64,000 bases of DNA. It comes from Prochlorococcus sp. AG-673-M19 (GTDB lineage: Bacteria; Cyanobacteriota; Cyanobacteriia; PCC-6307; Cyanobiaceae). The number at the start of each line of letters is the position of its first letter. Position 1 is the stretch's first letter. The notes below the pieces were generated by a model. It was not told the origin of the DNA, ran no database searches, and was given only the letters and a program-made list of their open reading frames with translations. Shown here in pieces: positions 52,323 through 62,171 of this stretch. Where the stretch lies: contig QCTP01000002.1 of the NCBI GenBank assembly GCA_003211115.1, forward strand, positions 398 to 64,397, written 5' to 3'. The position numbers were made by a program, and so were the translations under genes.

Positions 52323-53609
52323 TTAGAATTTGAAGGATGTTGTTACAAGCGCTCCAAAGATGTCATCATCGGATGCATCCTCAACCTCACTTCCTCCGAA
52401 GATTGCAGGTCTGACTTCCATTGAATCGTTAGGTTTGAAAGCATAATAGGCTTCCCAAACAAAAGGATCACCTTCAGTAGTAGAACAAGTTCCGTTACAT
52501 GAAGTAACTGCGAGTGGCTGAGTAAAGGCAACACCTATTCTATCGTCTGCTTGGAAAGTATCTTTCCAGGTTAATCCAACGAAGTAGCTATCAGAATCTT
52601 TAGGAGCACCGGATGCAACAGCATCATCTGCTGATCTAGTGTCATAACCAATAGTTATTTCAGGAACAGCAGTACCACTTTCCTCTGGTGTCCAATAGGC
52701 TCTGTAAGCATAACCTGTCGCATCTTCGCCATCTGCGTCAGCTATTCCAACTGCTTCAGTAGTAGCGTTGTAAGCTTGTCCAGTCCAACCTTGCTGATTA
52801 GATAAAGTAGCAGAAACATGCCATCTATCGGCAGTATAAGCAATTTGGGTATCCCATTTGTTATGGTCATTTTTCCCAAGCATTCCGTCAGAATCAGCAT
52901 TCTTAGTCACTAAGTTACTAGCAAACCCAAAACCACCTTCTGTCTCGTATTTGAATCCGTAACCTACATCTGTACTAGCTCCGAAGTTGCTATTACCACC
53001 AAGCTTCATTGATTTTAAAACACCTGGTTTATAAATAGAAGGAGTTATATACATGTAGTAGTTTTCGATCCTTGGTCCAGCAAACGCAGTAATATTGTCT
53101 CCTATAGGAAATGTATACCACAACTTATCAACCTTAAAATCGTCGGAGTTATCCTTAGCATCTATATGATAGGTTTCTTTAACATACCACTGAGGAGCAT
53201 TTTCACCAGTTTTAAGACGAACATAAAGATTATCATCACCAGAGAAACTGGTATTCAGGTTCATAGTATATGTGTAACCTGTTCCTACTGATTCACCGCC
53301 ACCACCAAGGGTATCGCCACCATCAACCCCACCAATCCACATGATAGCTTTACCATCCATGGATGTTGTAGAAGAGAAGGCTCCTGCTTCAAAATCATTT
53401 TGACCATCAACACTGCCTTTGAGTGTCGCAAGTTTGTCATTAACTTCGTTAACGAATGTATTACTGTTAAATCTTTTTGAAGTAGATTTTTTACTACGAT
53501 TGTAGTTATTCATCCCTTCAAGATTTATAGCGTCGGAAGCTTGTGCGCCAATTGGAGCTATAAAGCTCATAGCAACACCTGCAACCAACAATTGTTGGAA
53601 GAGTTTCAT
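52323..53609 (-). CDS. som: Som-type outer-membrane porin
   Basis: MKLFQQLL signal, FSSTT, LNTSFSGDDNL, C-terminal TSFKF beta-signal. Confidence 0.9.
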   Translation of the reverse strand: MKLFQQLLVAGVAMSFIAPIGAQASDAINLEGMNNYNRSKKSTSKRFNSNTFVNEVNDKLATLKGSVDGQNDFEAGAFSSTTSMDGKAIMWIGGVDGGDTLGGGGESVGTGYTYTMNLNTSFSGDDNLYVRLKTGENAPQWYVKETYHIDAKDNSDDFKVDKLWYTFPIGDNITAFAGPRIENYYMYITPSIYKPGVLKSMKLGGNSNFGASTDVGYGFKYETEGGFGFASNLVTKNADSDGMLGKNDHNKWDTQIAYTADRWHVSATLSNQQGWTGQAYNATTEAVGIADADGEDATGYAYRAYWTPEESGTAVPEITIGYDTRSADDAVASGAPKDSDSYFVGLTWKDTFQADDRIGVAFTQPLAVTSCNGTCSTTEGDPFVWEAYYAFKPNDSMEVRPAIFGGSEVEDASDDDIFGALVTTSFKF

Positions 53610-53700
53610 TTAACCTCACACGAAAAATGCCCACACGACATGGGTACTATAATTGTATCGTCAGTAACTTATTTGAGAAGAACAAATAGATTCATCTCAA

Positions 53701-53716
53701 TGTATCAATTAATACA
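53701..53716. promoter_or_regulatory. NtcA binding site upstream of the porin
   Basis: TGTA-TCAATTAA-TACA; a second degenerate GTA-N8-AAC at 53655-53668. Confidence 0.65.
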
Positions 53717-53747
53717 TCTGCTGCTTATGTACATGTCTTAATTAAAG

Positions 53748-54620
53748 TTATCCTTTTTTTATCAGTGGGAAATTTAAAGACTCTCTTTCAGAAATCCAAG
53801 ATGATGCTACTTCTCTTGCTAATCTTCTAATTTTTTCTATATATTGGGCTCTATCAGTTACTGAAATAACTCCCCTTGCATCCAATAGATTAAAACAATG
53901 ACTACATTTAAGTACGAAATCTAAAGCAGGATATGTAAGTTTTTTTTCAATTAAAGAATTTGCTTCTTCTTGATAGATAGCGAATAGTTTTATCATATTT
54001 TCAGGATTTGATTCGCTAAAATTAAATGAACATTGAGATTTTTCAAATTGGAGCCAAATATCGCTGTAATTTAAATTTTTATTCCAATTCAAATCCCAAA
54101 TGCTTTCTTTATCTTGTAAAAACGTAGCAATTCTCTCTAGGCCATAAGTTATTTCAATCGGAATTGGATTACAGTCTAAACCTCCACATTGCTGAAAATA
54201 AGTAAATTGAGTTACTTCCATTCCATCAAGCCAAACTTCCCAACCCACTCCCCATGCTCCAAGAGTAGGAGATTCCCAGTTATCTTCTACAAACCTAATA
54301 TCGTGTTTTTTGGGATTAATACCTAAAAATTTTAAAGAAGCTAAATATTTTTCTTGAATTTCATCTGGAGAAGGTTTAATAATTACTTGATATTGAAAAT
54401 AATGTTGCGCCCTGTTTGGATTATCTCCAAATCTTCCATCAGTAGGTCTTCTACATGGTTCAGCATAAGCAACGCTCCATGGTTCTGGTCCTATAGCTCT
54501 TAAAAAAGTATGGGGATTCATGGTACCAGCACCCTTTTCAGTGTCATAGGGCTGCATAATTAAACATCCCTCTTCTGACCAGAATTTATTTAAATTTTGA
54601 ATTATATCTTGAAAAAACAT
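53748..54620 (-). CDS. glyQ: Glycine-tRNA ligase alpha subunit
   Basis: [33 protein letters not shown]. Confidence 0.98.
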   Translation of the reverse strand: MFFQDIIQNLNKFWSEEGCLIMQPYDTEKGAGTMNPHTFLRAIGPEPWSVAYAEPCRRPTDGRFGDNPNRAQHYFQYQVIIKPSPDEIQEKYLASLKFLGINPKKHDIRFVEDNWESPTLGAWGVGWEVWLDGMEVTQFTYFQQCGGLDCNPIPIEITYGLERIATFLQDKESIWDLNWNKNLNYSDIWLQFEKSQCSFNFSESNPENMIKLFAIYQEEANSLIEKKLTYPALDFVLKCSHCFNLLDARGVISVTDRAQYIEKIRRLAREVASSWISERESLNFPLIKKG

Positions 54621-54849
54621 CGTGTTAAAAAGTAGAAATATTTAAAACCAAGACAATGTTTATGATAACAAAGCTTCTCGAAATATTAAAAAACTATTTT
54701 TTTGAGAGTTAATTTATTTCTGTTTCTGCAAATATTTTTTATTTAGAGCTGTCATAAGTAAGTAATGATCAACTCTAAAGGCTTAGCAAGTTCTTTTGAT
54801 AGTAAGATCTAAGATTGCAAGATTATTAAAAAAGCCATAAAAAGAATTT

Positions 54850-55239
54850 TTAATTATTGAAAAAATTTAATGGTAATGGTCCATAAGTTAGAGATTTTTC
54901 CGAATCATCCTCATATTGACATGTTAATAAAACGCCTTCCCCAAGACCATTTTCAGATCTTATGAAAACATTTCCAGTTTTTTGATTACCTTTTAAAAAA
55001 ACATGTCCCTCAGCATGTAAAAAATCTAAGTTTTTAAATTTAATTGAAGTAAATTTTCTAGAAAATGCTTTCAATGCCTCTATAGCCTCATAATCATTAG
55101 TTGCCATAATTCCTATTGTAATCCAATCGGAATTTAGAATATAAGTTTCTAGCTCTTCAAAAAGTTTTTTTATTTGACCTTTACTTAACTGAGGAGCTGA
55201 TCTATGTCTATTTAAATCAACTAAATTATTTATTTCCAT
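54850..55239 (-). CDS. DUF1824-like protein
   Basis: WITIGIMA, VFLKGNQKTG, TYGPLPL. Confidence 0.8.
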   Translation of the reverse strand: MEINNLVDLNRHRSAPQLSKGQIKKLFEELETYILNSDWITIGIMATNDYEAIEALKAFSRKFTSIKFKNLDFLHAEGHVFLKGNQKTGNVFIRSENGLGEGVLLTCQYEDDSEKSLTYGPLPLNFFNN

Positions 55240-55268
55240 TTAACTAATAACTTAATAAAAATAAACTT

Positions 55269-55601
55269 TTACCCAAATGTTTTACCATTCCAAGCCCACA
55301 TTGAAGCAGGTACATCCTCGAAAGAAATATAAATCTTATCTATTGGAATTCCCATCTTCTCATATACAAAATTAGAAATTGGCTTTGCCATTTCTGAAGG
55401 ATTTAGAGCACCTATTGACTTTATTTCTAAAAAGCAACAAGGACTTTCATCTTCAAAATACATTTCGGAATTATCATCTATTTTTGCCATTACAAATTTT
55501 TTTGATTTATTTGTTAAAGAGGATACTAATATTGAGATTTCTTCAAGTAATTTATTCTTATTCTCTATTTTTGCTGAAGTAAAAACATTAATGTAAGGCA
55601 T
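55269..55601 (-). CDS. MIF/tautomerase family protein
   Basis: Catalytic Pro after Met (MP), KSIG, C-terminal WAWNGKTF. Confidence 0.92.
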   Translation of the reverse strand: MPYINVFTSAKIENKNKLLEEISILVSSLTNKSKKFVMAKIDDNSEMYFEDESPCCFLEIKSIGALNPSEMAKPISNFVYEKMGIPIDKIYISFEDVPASMWAWNGKTFG

Positions 55602-55899
55602 ATTTATGCAGCTAAATTATCCTTTTGAAAATCATTTTTTAGATTAACAGTTTTATCTTTTATAACTTTTTTAGATGACAGGTATGCCATATCGTAAGGA
55701 CTAATTCCGTTTTTATAGGGATTGAAAAGGGCATTTTTAGATCTGCTTTTTTTTGCTCCTTTTGAATTTAATCATTTTTAACTAAATTATTAACTAATAA
55801 TTTAACTTTTTTTATCTAGATGTCTAGCTTTTTTCAAGATTTTTATTATTAAAGAAACAATAATTTTATTAAACACAAAATAAATAAACATTCATTAAA

Positions 55900-56565
55900 T
55901 TGTATAAATGTAGTTTATTAATTATTTTGAAAGTTTTAAATAATTATCAAAGGCAAAAGCTTGATGAAAGTAATGATGAAGAATTTTATTCTGATCCAAA
56001 ATTTGTTTATCATCTAGATGCAAATTTCAGAAACTATCTATCTTCTGTTTATGAAAATGAAATTAACAATAACTCAATTGTGCTTGATTTAATGTCCAGT
56101 TGGGATAGTTATCTACCTCAGGAGAAAATATATAAAAAAGTAATTGGACATGGCCTAAACAAAAAGGAACTAGAAAGAAACAAAACGTTAAATTCTTTCT
56201 GGATTCAAAATTTTAATTTAAGCCAGGAAATCCCCTTAGAGAGTAAAAGTATCGATTATTGTTTGATGGTTGCAGCTTGGCAATATTTACAATATCCCGA
56301 AAATACTACTAAAGAAATTGCTAGGATCCTAAATGATAAAGGCAAAATTCTAGTATCATTTTCAAACAGAGCTTTTTGGCATAAAGCTCCAAATATATGG
56401 ACAACCTCAACGGAAGAAGAAAGAATCAAATATGTTAGAAAAGTTTTAATTACAAACGGATTTAAAGAGCCAAGAATAATTAAAAAATTTAATGATAATA
56501 GTCTTAATTTCTTCCCTTTTTTAAAAAAAGATCCTTTTTATTGTTTAATTGCAAATAAAGAGTGA
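55900..56565 (+). CDS. SAM-dependent methyltransferase (type 11)
   Basis: LDESNDEEFY, LDLMSSW, QYL, FSNRAF. Confidence 0.88.
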   Translation: MYKCSLLIILKVLNNYQRQKLDESNDEEFYSDPKFVYHLDANFRNYLSSVYENEINNNSIVLDLMSSWDSYLPQEKIYKKVIGHGLNKKELERNKTLNSFWIQNFNLSQEIPLESKSIDYCLMVAAWQYLQYPENTTKEIARILNDKGKILVSFSNRAFWHKAPNIWTTSTEEERIKYVRKVLITNGFKEPRIIKKFNDNSLNFFPFLKKDPFYCLIANKE

Positions 56566-56659
56566 CTTAACTTCTTCTCCTAAGAAGACTCGGTATCAGA
56601 ATTAAATTCATAGCCTAACTTTTAAATAATGTTTATTATTGGGTAGTTAAAAAAATAAA

Positions 56660-56905
56660 ATGGGATCTAAAAGAGAAAAATATCCTGAAAAATGTCCATG
56701 GGATCTTGGGCCTAACCAACATTTAGCCAAAGAAGAAAACTGGACCTTAAGATTAGGGGAGGCAAACGTATCTTTTAGCAAAAATAAACTAGATAATAAT
56801 TACTTTCATGTAATTAGTAATGAAAATGAAGAGCAAATTCTTGCTTTCAGAGCAAGGCTTCTTTACCAAAAATTACTTGATAAAGGATTTAGATTAGTAG
56901 ACTAA
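56660..56905 (+). CDS. Hypothetical protein
   Basis: 81 aa ORF with a DUF1651-like amphipathic C-terminus. Confidence 0.6.
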   Translation: MGSKREKYPEKCPWDLGPNQHLAKEENWTLRLGEANVSFSKNKLDNNYFHVISNENEEQILAFRARLLYQKLLDKGFRLVD

Positions 56906-56913
56906 ATACTTAA

Positions 56914-57564
56914 TTATTCTATTAAGCTAATATCCTTGAAAATAAACTTTTGTGTTTCTTCTTCTTGATTTTTATTTATATATTTTATAAATCTTGAATT
57001 AAGTATCCATATATCTTGAGAACCAATATTTATAAATCTATCTTCATATTCCAACTTCGAAGTTTTTGTTTTAAAAGTAATTGGATCAATTTGTTGGCTA
57101 GAATATTTTTTACTTAAAAATCCATTCCCAGTATCAAAAAATTCTTGAACAAAAATTTCTATGATAATACCGTGAATTTTTCTATACACCATATTTATAC
57201 AATTATTTTTGACTCTATATTTATCTCCCTCATTTTTACCAGAAACTATCATTTCAATGCCACTCTCTGATTCATTAATTAATTTAAAATTATTTTTTGA
57301 GTGAATTTCTGCAAATTCTCTTTTTACCCTATGGATAGATACTTCGAATAATTGTGAGGATATACTTTTGACTATTTCTTGATCTTCAATATTTTCAATT
57401 TCCGGTTTAAAATCTTTACCTAATGAAAATTTACCTTCATAAGAATCATTATTTGCTGAAAAAATGCATTTACCTTTATAACCACTAAAGTCAGGATTCC
57501 AGGTATACCTTTTTTCATAGGCTTTTTGAAAAATTTCTTTGCAATTTATTTCTGTTAAATTCAT
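56914..57564 (-). CDS. DUF3386 family protein
   Basis: FQKAYEKRYTW..FSGY, EVSIHRV. Confidence 0.85.
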   Translation of the reverse strand: MNLTEINCKEIFQKAYEKRYTWNPDFSGYKGKCIFSANNDSYEGKFSLGKDFKPEIENIEDQEIVKSISSQLFEVSIHRVKREFAEIHSKNNFKLINESESGIEMIVSGKNEGDKYRVKNNCINMVYRKIHGIIIEIFVQEFFDTGNGFLSKKYSSQQIDPITFKTKTSKLEYEDRFINIGSQDIWILNSRFIKYINKNQEEETQKFIFKDISLIE

Positions 57565-57597
57565 TTTTTGGTAGTTTCATTTTACTGATAATTTTAC

Positions 57598-57634
57598 AAA
57601 AAAAATCCTCCCTAATAAACTAGAGAGGATTTTT
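57598..57634 (-). terminator. Terminator of pcb
   Basis: AAAATCCTC...GAGGATTTT inverted repeat with a T-tract on the minus strand. Confidence 0.75.
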
Positions 57635-57648
57635 CTTAGCTAATTAAA

Positions 57649-58707
57649 CTAATTTTGTGTAATTTTTGTATTTTCTATATTGTCGAATGCTTGACCAATT
57701 TTCTTGAAGTCAAATCCCATAGCTCTTAATGCATGCCATAAATGACCTTGCAAGAAAAAGAATCCCAAATAGAAATGCGTATTGGCAAGCCATGCCCTTG
57801 AACTATATTCTCCAGAACCTAAATCAACAGTGTCAGTAAAATAAGGAGCAAATTCAAATTGAAGCTTTAAGGGTTCGCCATAAAGATCAACTGGATAAAT
57901 AGTAGTATTTGAAGCGCACCAGAATGCAGCGACAAATGCCATATAAGAAACACCAACTACTGAGTAAGAGAGAATAGCCTCGGCACCTAGTAATCCTTTA
58001 CCTTTGAATTCTGTATATTCTCCAAATTGCTTTGTACAAATATGGAAAACTCCTCCAATAATTTCTAGGAAGGCTAAGAAAGCATGACCACCCATAATAT
58101 CTTCTAAACTATCAATTTTAAGGAAATCAAATTGATGATTCCATATAGCAGAGATATCTAAATTGTAAATAACTTGTCTTGTTGAACCTATGGCAGGATC
58201 ATAAATACCATGAATACGAGCCCATTCAACAAACATTATTGCTCCAAGACCTAAGAAAATTAGATGATGACCAAGTATAAAAGTCAATTTATCTGGATCA
58301 TCCCATTCAAAGTCAAATTTTTGTGGCTTACTATTTTCTGGATAATCTCCAAGATCACCCGCAAATTTATTCGAATGTAATAACCCACCAGCACCTAGCA
58401 CAGCTGAGAAAATTAGATGCAATGTGCAAATTACAACAATTCCGTATGGTTCTGTAATGACTCCATTTTCAATACCTCCAATCCCAATACCGGCAAGGTG
58501 AGGTAAGACAATTGCTTTCTGAGCGCCCATTGGAATACTGGCGTCATAACGAGCCAATTCAAATAATCCAAAAGCTCCTGCCCAGAACATCATTAATCCT
58601 GCATGAGCAGCATGAGCAGCTATGAATTTACCTGAACGGCCAACAACACCAGAATTTCCTGCGTACCAGTCGTAGGTAACATCAGATTTTCCGTAGTTTT
58701 GTAACAC
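57649..58707 (-). CDS. pcb: Chlorophyll a/b-binding Pcb/IsiA-family antenna protein
   Basis: YDWYAGN, FIAAHAAHAGL, GHLWHALRA; CP43-like without the large loop; adjacent to flavodoxin. Confidence 0.95.
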   Translation of the reverse strand: MLQNYGKSDVTYDWYAGNSGVVGRSGKFIAAHAAHAGLMMFWAGAFGLFELARYDASIPMGAQKAIVLPHLAGIGIGGIENGVITEPYGIVVICTLHLIFSAVLGAGGLLHSNKFAGDLGDYPENSKPQKFDFEWDDPDKLTFILGHHLIFLGLGAIMFVEWARIHGIYDPAIGSTRQVIYNLDISAIWNHQFDFLKIDSLEDIMGGHAFLAFLEIIGGVFHICTKQFGEYTEFKGKGLLGAEAILSYSVVGVSYMAFVAAFWCASNTTIYPVDLYGEPLKLQFEFAPYFTDTVDLGSGEYSSRAWLANTHFYLGFFFLQGHLWHALRAMGFDFKKIGQAFDNIENTKITQN

Positions 58708-58850
58708 TTGATTTAAATAAACAGCAAATTGAGCTTATTGCTAATTCGACTGTTTTTTCTAAGATCTTTACAGGTTTTAAATACTTATGTAAAAAAAATA
58801 TGCTTTGGAAGAACAAATGTTACAAAGGAAAACGAAAAGTCTTTAAAGCT

Positions 58851-59375
58851 TTACCCCAATGAAGGAATTTCACCTTTTAATTGAGAAGCCCATGTTTCTA
58901 GACGAGAATCAGTTAAGTCAGATTCACTATCTTCATCAAGTGGCAACCCACAAAAACTTTCACCTATTACACTCTTTGATTCATCAAATGTGTATGAAGA
59001 CTTGTCAACATAGCCAACCATGTCGGCACCTGCTTTTGTGAAATAACTATGTAACTCTTCCATTGCATCGCAATAATTTTCTGTATAAGTAGATGAATCT
59101 CCTAAGCCAAAAATAGCTACCTTTTTACCTGCCAAGCTTAGCTCACCAATATCTTCCAATATTGAGTCCCAGGCAGTTCCAGATCTTTCCTCATCTGCTC
59201 CGGTATTCCATGTTGGAATACCACAAATGATTCCATCAAGTCCTTCAAATTCTGAAAGATCATCAACATCAGATACATCTTTAGGTGATTCTGCTGAAGA
59301 AATAAAGTTGTGAAGACGATCTGCTACGTCTTCAGTTTTTCCAGTTGTAGTTGCGTAATAAATTCCTACAGTCAT
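58851..59375 (-). CDS. isiB: Flavodoxin
   Basis: TTTGKT, PTWNTG, FGLGD, GLPLDED. Confidence 0.96.
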   Translation of the reverse strand: MTVGIYYATTTGKTEDVADRLHNFISSAESPKDVSDVDDLSEFEGLDGIICGIPTWNTGADEERSGTAWDSILEDIGELSLAGKKVAIFGLGDSSTYTENYCDAMEELHSYFTKAGADMVGYVDKSSYTFDESKSVIGESFCGLPLDEDSESDLTDSRLETWASQLKGEIPSLG

Positions 59376-59482
59376 AACTTCAAATTGTTTACTTTAAAAT
59401 AATAAAATCAAAATACGATAAATTAATTTCTATAAAAACTTTTTCATGTAAATTTTGATACAAATTTAAGTAAGAAAAAGTT

Positions 59483-60253
59483 TTGAAGAAATTTAGCCAG
59501 ATTAAGAATTTAATTATGACCAGTAAAGATCAAGAAAAAAATAATCTTAATAAGCTTATTAATGATTTCAATTTTTCTGGCTCAAAAAAATATAAATTAA
59601 TTGTTTTATTAGGACTTTTGGGTGATTTTGACAGTTTTGAATATGCATTAAATTTGAAAGATTTTATTAAGAAAGATCAAAATAAAAATTTAGATATTTT
59701 TGCACTAGCAATTGGCAATGAAATTGGTAAAGAAAAATTTTGTAATTTCACAGGTTTTCCTAATACAAATTTAGAAATTGTCTCTGATAATAAAATTCAT
59801 CTAAATCTTATGATTTCAAGTGGTGTCGATATAGGTTTAGGAGGTTGGATAAATATGTTGATAATGTTATCAGGCATAAACTCTCTAAGAACAATCAAAG
59901 AAGTTTTGAGAGGCTATACAGGTGATAAAAATTCAAAGCAAATTTTTTCTGATGAAGATCATATAAACCTCTTAAGTTTTATTAAGTTTTCTGGTATTTA
60001 TTTCAAAGAAACATGTGGAGATGGTTATTTAAGACCATTTGAATTAGCTACTTATAGATTAAAAAATATGATAGAAATTATTCAAAATTGGAATGACTAT
60101 ATCATTGATAATAAGTATCTACCTCAAAGGGGGGCTTCATTTCTGTTAAACGATAAAGACCAAATTATTTATAAATTTTATTCCAATGATGTGCTTGGAT
60201 ATTCATCAAAGATGGAAAATCCTTTATGGTTTTTATCAGAGAATTGCGAATAA
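59483..60253 (+). CDS. Peroxiredoxin-like (AhpC/TSA_2) family protein
   Basis: LGDFDSFEY, LRPFELAT, QRGASF. Confidence 0.8.
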   Translation: MKKFSQIKNLIMTSKDQEKNNLNKLINDFNFSGSKKYKLIVLLGLLGDFDSFEYALNLKDFIKKDQNKNLDIFALAIGNEIGKEKFCNFTGFPNTNLEIVSDNKIHLNLMISSGVDIGLGGWINMLIMLSGINSLRTIKEVLRGYTGDKNSKQIFSDEDHINLLSFIKFSGIYFKETCGDGYLRPFELATYRLKNMIEIIQNWNDYIIDNKYLPQRGASFLLNDKDQIIYKFYSNDVLGYSSKMENPLWFLSENCE

Positions 60254-60522
60254 TGAATTCAATAAATATAGAGTTTTTTGGATATTTTGCAGCAATTTTA
60301 ACCACAGCAGCATTCCTACCACAATTAATTAAGACGTTAAAGACAAAAAAAGCCGATGATGTCTCTTTAGTAACTTTAATAATGTTTATAAGCGGTGTAT
60401 TTTCTTGGATTATTTACGGGTATGAAATATCATCCTTACCAATTCTTCTTGCAAACATAATCACTTTTATTCTTAATCTATTAATCTTAATTTCAAAAAT
60501 TTTTTATTCGAAAAAATATTAG
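60253..60522 (+). CDS. SemiSWEET / PQ-loop transporter
   Basis: TTAAFLPQ, DVS, WIIYG, AN; three TM helices. Confidence 0.9.
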   Translation: MNSINIEFFGYFAAILTTAAFLPQLIKTLKTKKADDVSLVTLIMFISGVFSWIIYGYEISSLPILLANIITFILNLLILISKIFYSKKY

Positions 60523-60598
60523 TTACTATTAGCCAGATTATTTAAAAATATCAATCTTCAATAATAATGATTAAAATGAATTATCGAATAATTTAGTT

Positions 60599-60823
60599 TT
60601 GAAAACTTCAAGGTGCTGGGTTTGGTTTAAAGGAAGTCTCAATGAAGGTGGATATTGGAAAGAAGGTTTTACCTGCACCTTTGATGAAAAACCTGGCATA
60701 TTAATAGAGAGCCCTTCATACGTAACTTGTAGAGTTCCAAACTGGCGTGTTCTAACAAAAGAACCTGAAGATTTATTAAAATCTCCTTTAATTCCAGAAA
60801 ATGCAATATGGAAAATTATTTAA
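60599..60823 (+). CDS. Conserved hypothetical protein
   Basis: 74 aa, Trp-rich, CRVPNWRV. Confidence 0.75.
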   Translation: MKTSRCWVWFKGSLNEGGYWKEGFTCTFDEKPGILIESPSYVTCRVPNWRVLTKEPEDLLKSPLIPENAIWKII

Positions 60824-60884
60824 ATTAAATTTTCCTTAAAAAAACATACTTAAGATAACTCTAAGAGAGTTAGGATAATTAAAA

Positions 60885-61808
60885 ATAAATAATACTATTT
60901 ACTCTCTTTTTATAAATATTATTCCTTTCTTAGTTTTTGGTTTTTTTATTGGAAAAAGAAAACCAAAGCTTTCAGAATCCATTTCTGTACCACTTATTAA
61001 ATATGGTATTCCTTTGAGCGTAATGGGCCTTTTATTAAAAGAGGGAATTGATATCGATTTAATTGAAACTGCTTTGATAGCTTTTTTATCAATAGGATTT
61101 TTAATTCTTTTAATTAATAATTTACCAATTTTAAAAAAAAGACTACCTAATTACTCCTTACAATTAGCTGGTTTAATAGGTAACACTTCATTTCTTGGGA
61201 TACCAATTGCTATTGCATTACTGCCTACAAGTACCATTAATCTTACAATAGGTTTTGATTTAGGAACTACACTCTTTGCTTGGATCTTTGGACCTTTCTT
61301 TCTTCAAAAAAAAGCAGATACAAATAGCACTCTAAACTTTAAAGAACTTTTAAAAGCAATACTAGATAGCCCTGCATCAAGAGGAATAATAGGTGTGTTG
61401 ATTGCCTATCTTTTTAACTTAGAAAGCGTATTAGGAGATTATCTATGGATCCCAGCAAGAATAGTAATAGTTTTAGCAATAGTAGTTGTTGGAACAAGAC
61501 TTGGAATAATAACAAATAATAAAACTAAATTTCTTAATTTAAATCAAGGGATTAAATATTCAATAATATTAAAATTATTTATTTTGCCTTTAATTATATT
61601 TTTTATTAGTAAGATCATGAACTTCAATCTAAATGAAACATCAGCAGTGGTTCTTCAAGCAGGCACGCCATCAGCTGTATCAACAATCTTGATGGCTGAG
61701 GCATATAAAATTAATCAAAAGATTGCAGCCAGGATTCTATTTGCAACAACATTATTTTCAATAATTACTATACCAATTTTGGCAAATCTACTAAATATTT
61801 CTAATTAA
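60885..61808 (+). CDS. AEC family (auxin efflux carrier-like) transporter
   Basis: GNTSFLGIP, QAGTPSA; frame is open from 60879, so TM1 lies upstream of the track start at 61014. Confidence 0.85.
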   Translation: MNNTIYSLFINIIPFLVFGFFIGKRKPKLSESISVPLIKYGIPLSVMGLLLKEGIDIDLIETALIAFLSIGFLILLINNLPILKKRLPNYSLQLAGLIGNTSFLGIPIAIALLPTSTINLTIGFDLGTTLFAWIFGPFFLQKKADTNSTLNFKELLKAILDSPASRGIIGVLIAYLFNLESVLGDYLWIPARIVIVLAIVVVGTRLGIITNNKTKFLNLNQGIKYSIILKLFILPLIIFFISKIMNFNLNETSAVVLQAGTPSAVSTILMAEAYKINQKIAARILFATTLFSIITIPILANLLNISN

Positions 61809-61919
61809 AATTTTTTTATCTAAAAAAAATAGTCACTTTTATATGTTGCAAAATACATAATTAATGAATATTGTAAACAATATGTCCTGATAAATACATA
61901 ATGTCTTAAGATTTAGAGT

Positions 61920-62171
61920 ATGAAGTCAGTAAACCCTAAAAATGAATATATCCCTCTAGACCTTAAAATCTCTGTTAGAAGAGATACTTTGAGACTAATA
62001 TCAGAGTTGGCAAGTGATATGGGGATTAGTATAAATGAGGTTTTCAGTTTTTTAGCAGAGGACTCAGTTATTGATTTAGAGTTATTAGAAAATTTGAATA
62101 ATGTAGAAATTCCAAATAAATGTAGTTTGGATGATCTTAAAAATGAAATGCTTAAAAAAAAGCTCTGTTAA
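61920..62171 (+). CDS. Small ribbon-helix-helix-like protein
   Basis: LKISVRRDTLRLISELASDMGISINEV. Confidence 0.6.
   Translation: MKSVNPKNEYIPLDLKISVRRDTLRLISELASDMGISINEVFSFLAEDSVIDLELLENLNNVEIPNKCSLDDLKNEMLKKKLC

Noticed and set aside
58708-59480. Fur boxes upstream of pcb and isiB
   Set aside because: AT-rich candidates match too loosely to call without a PWM
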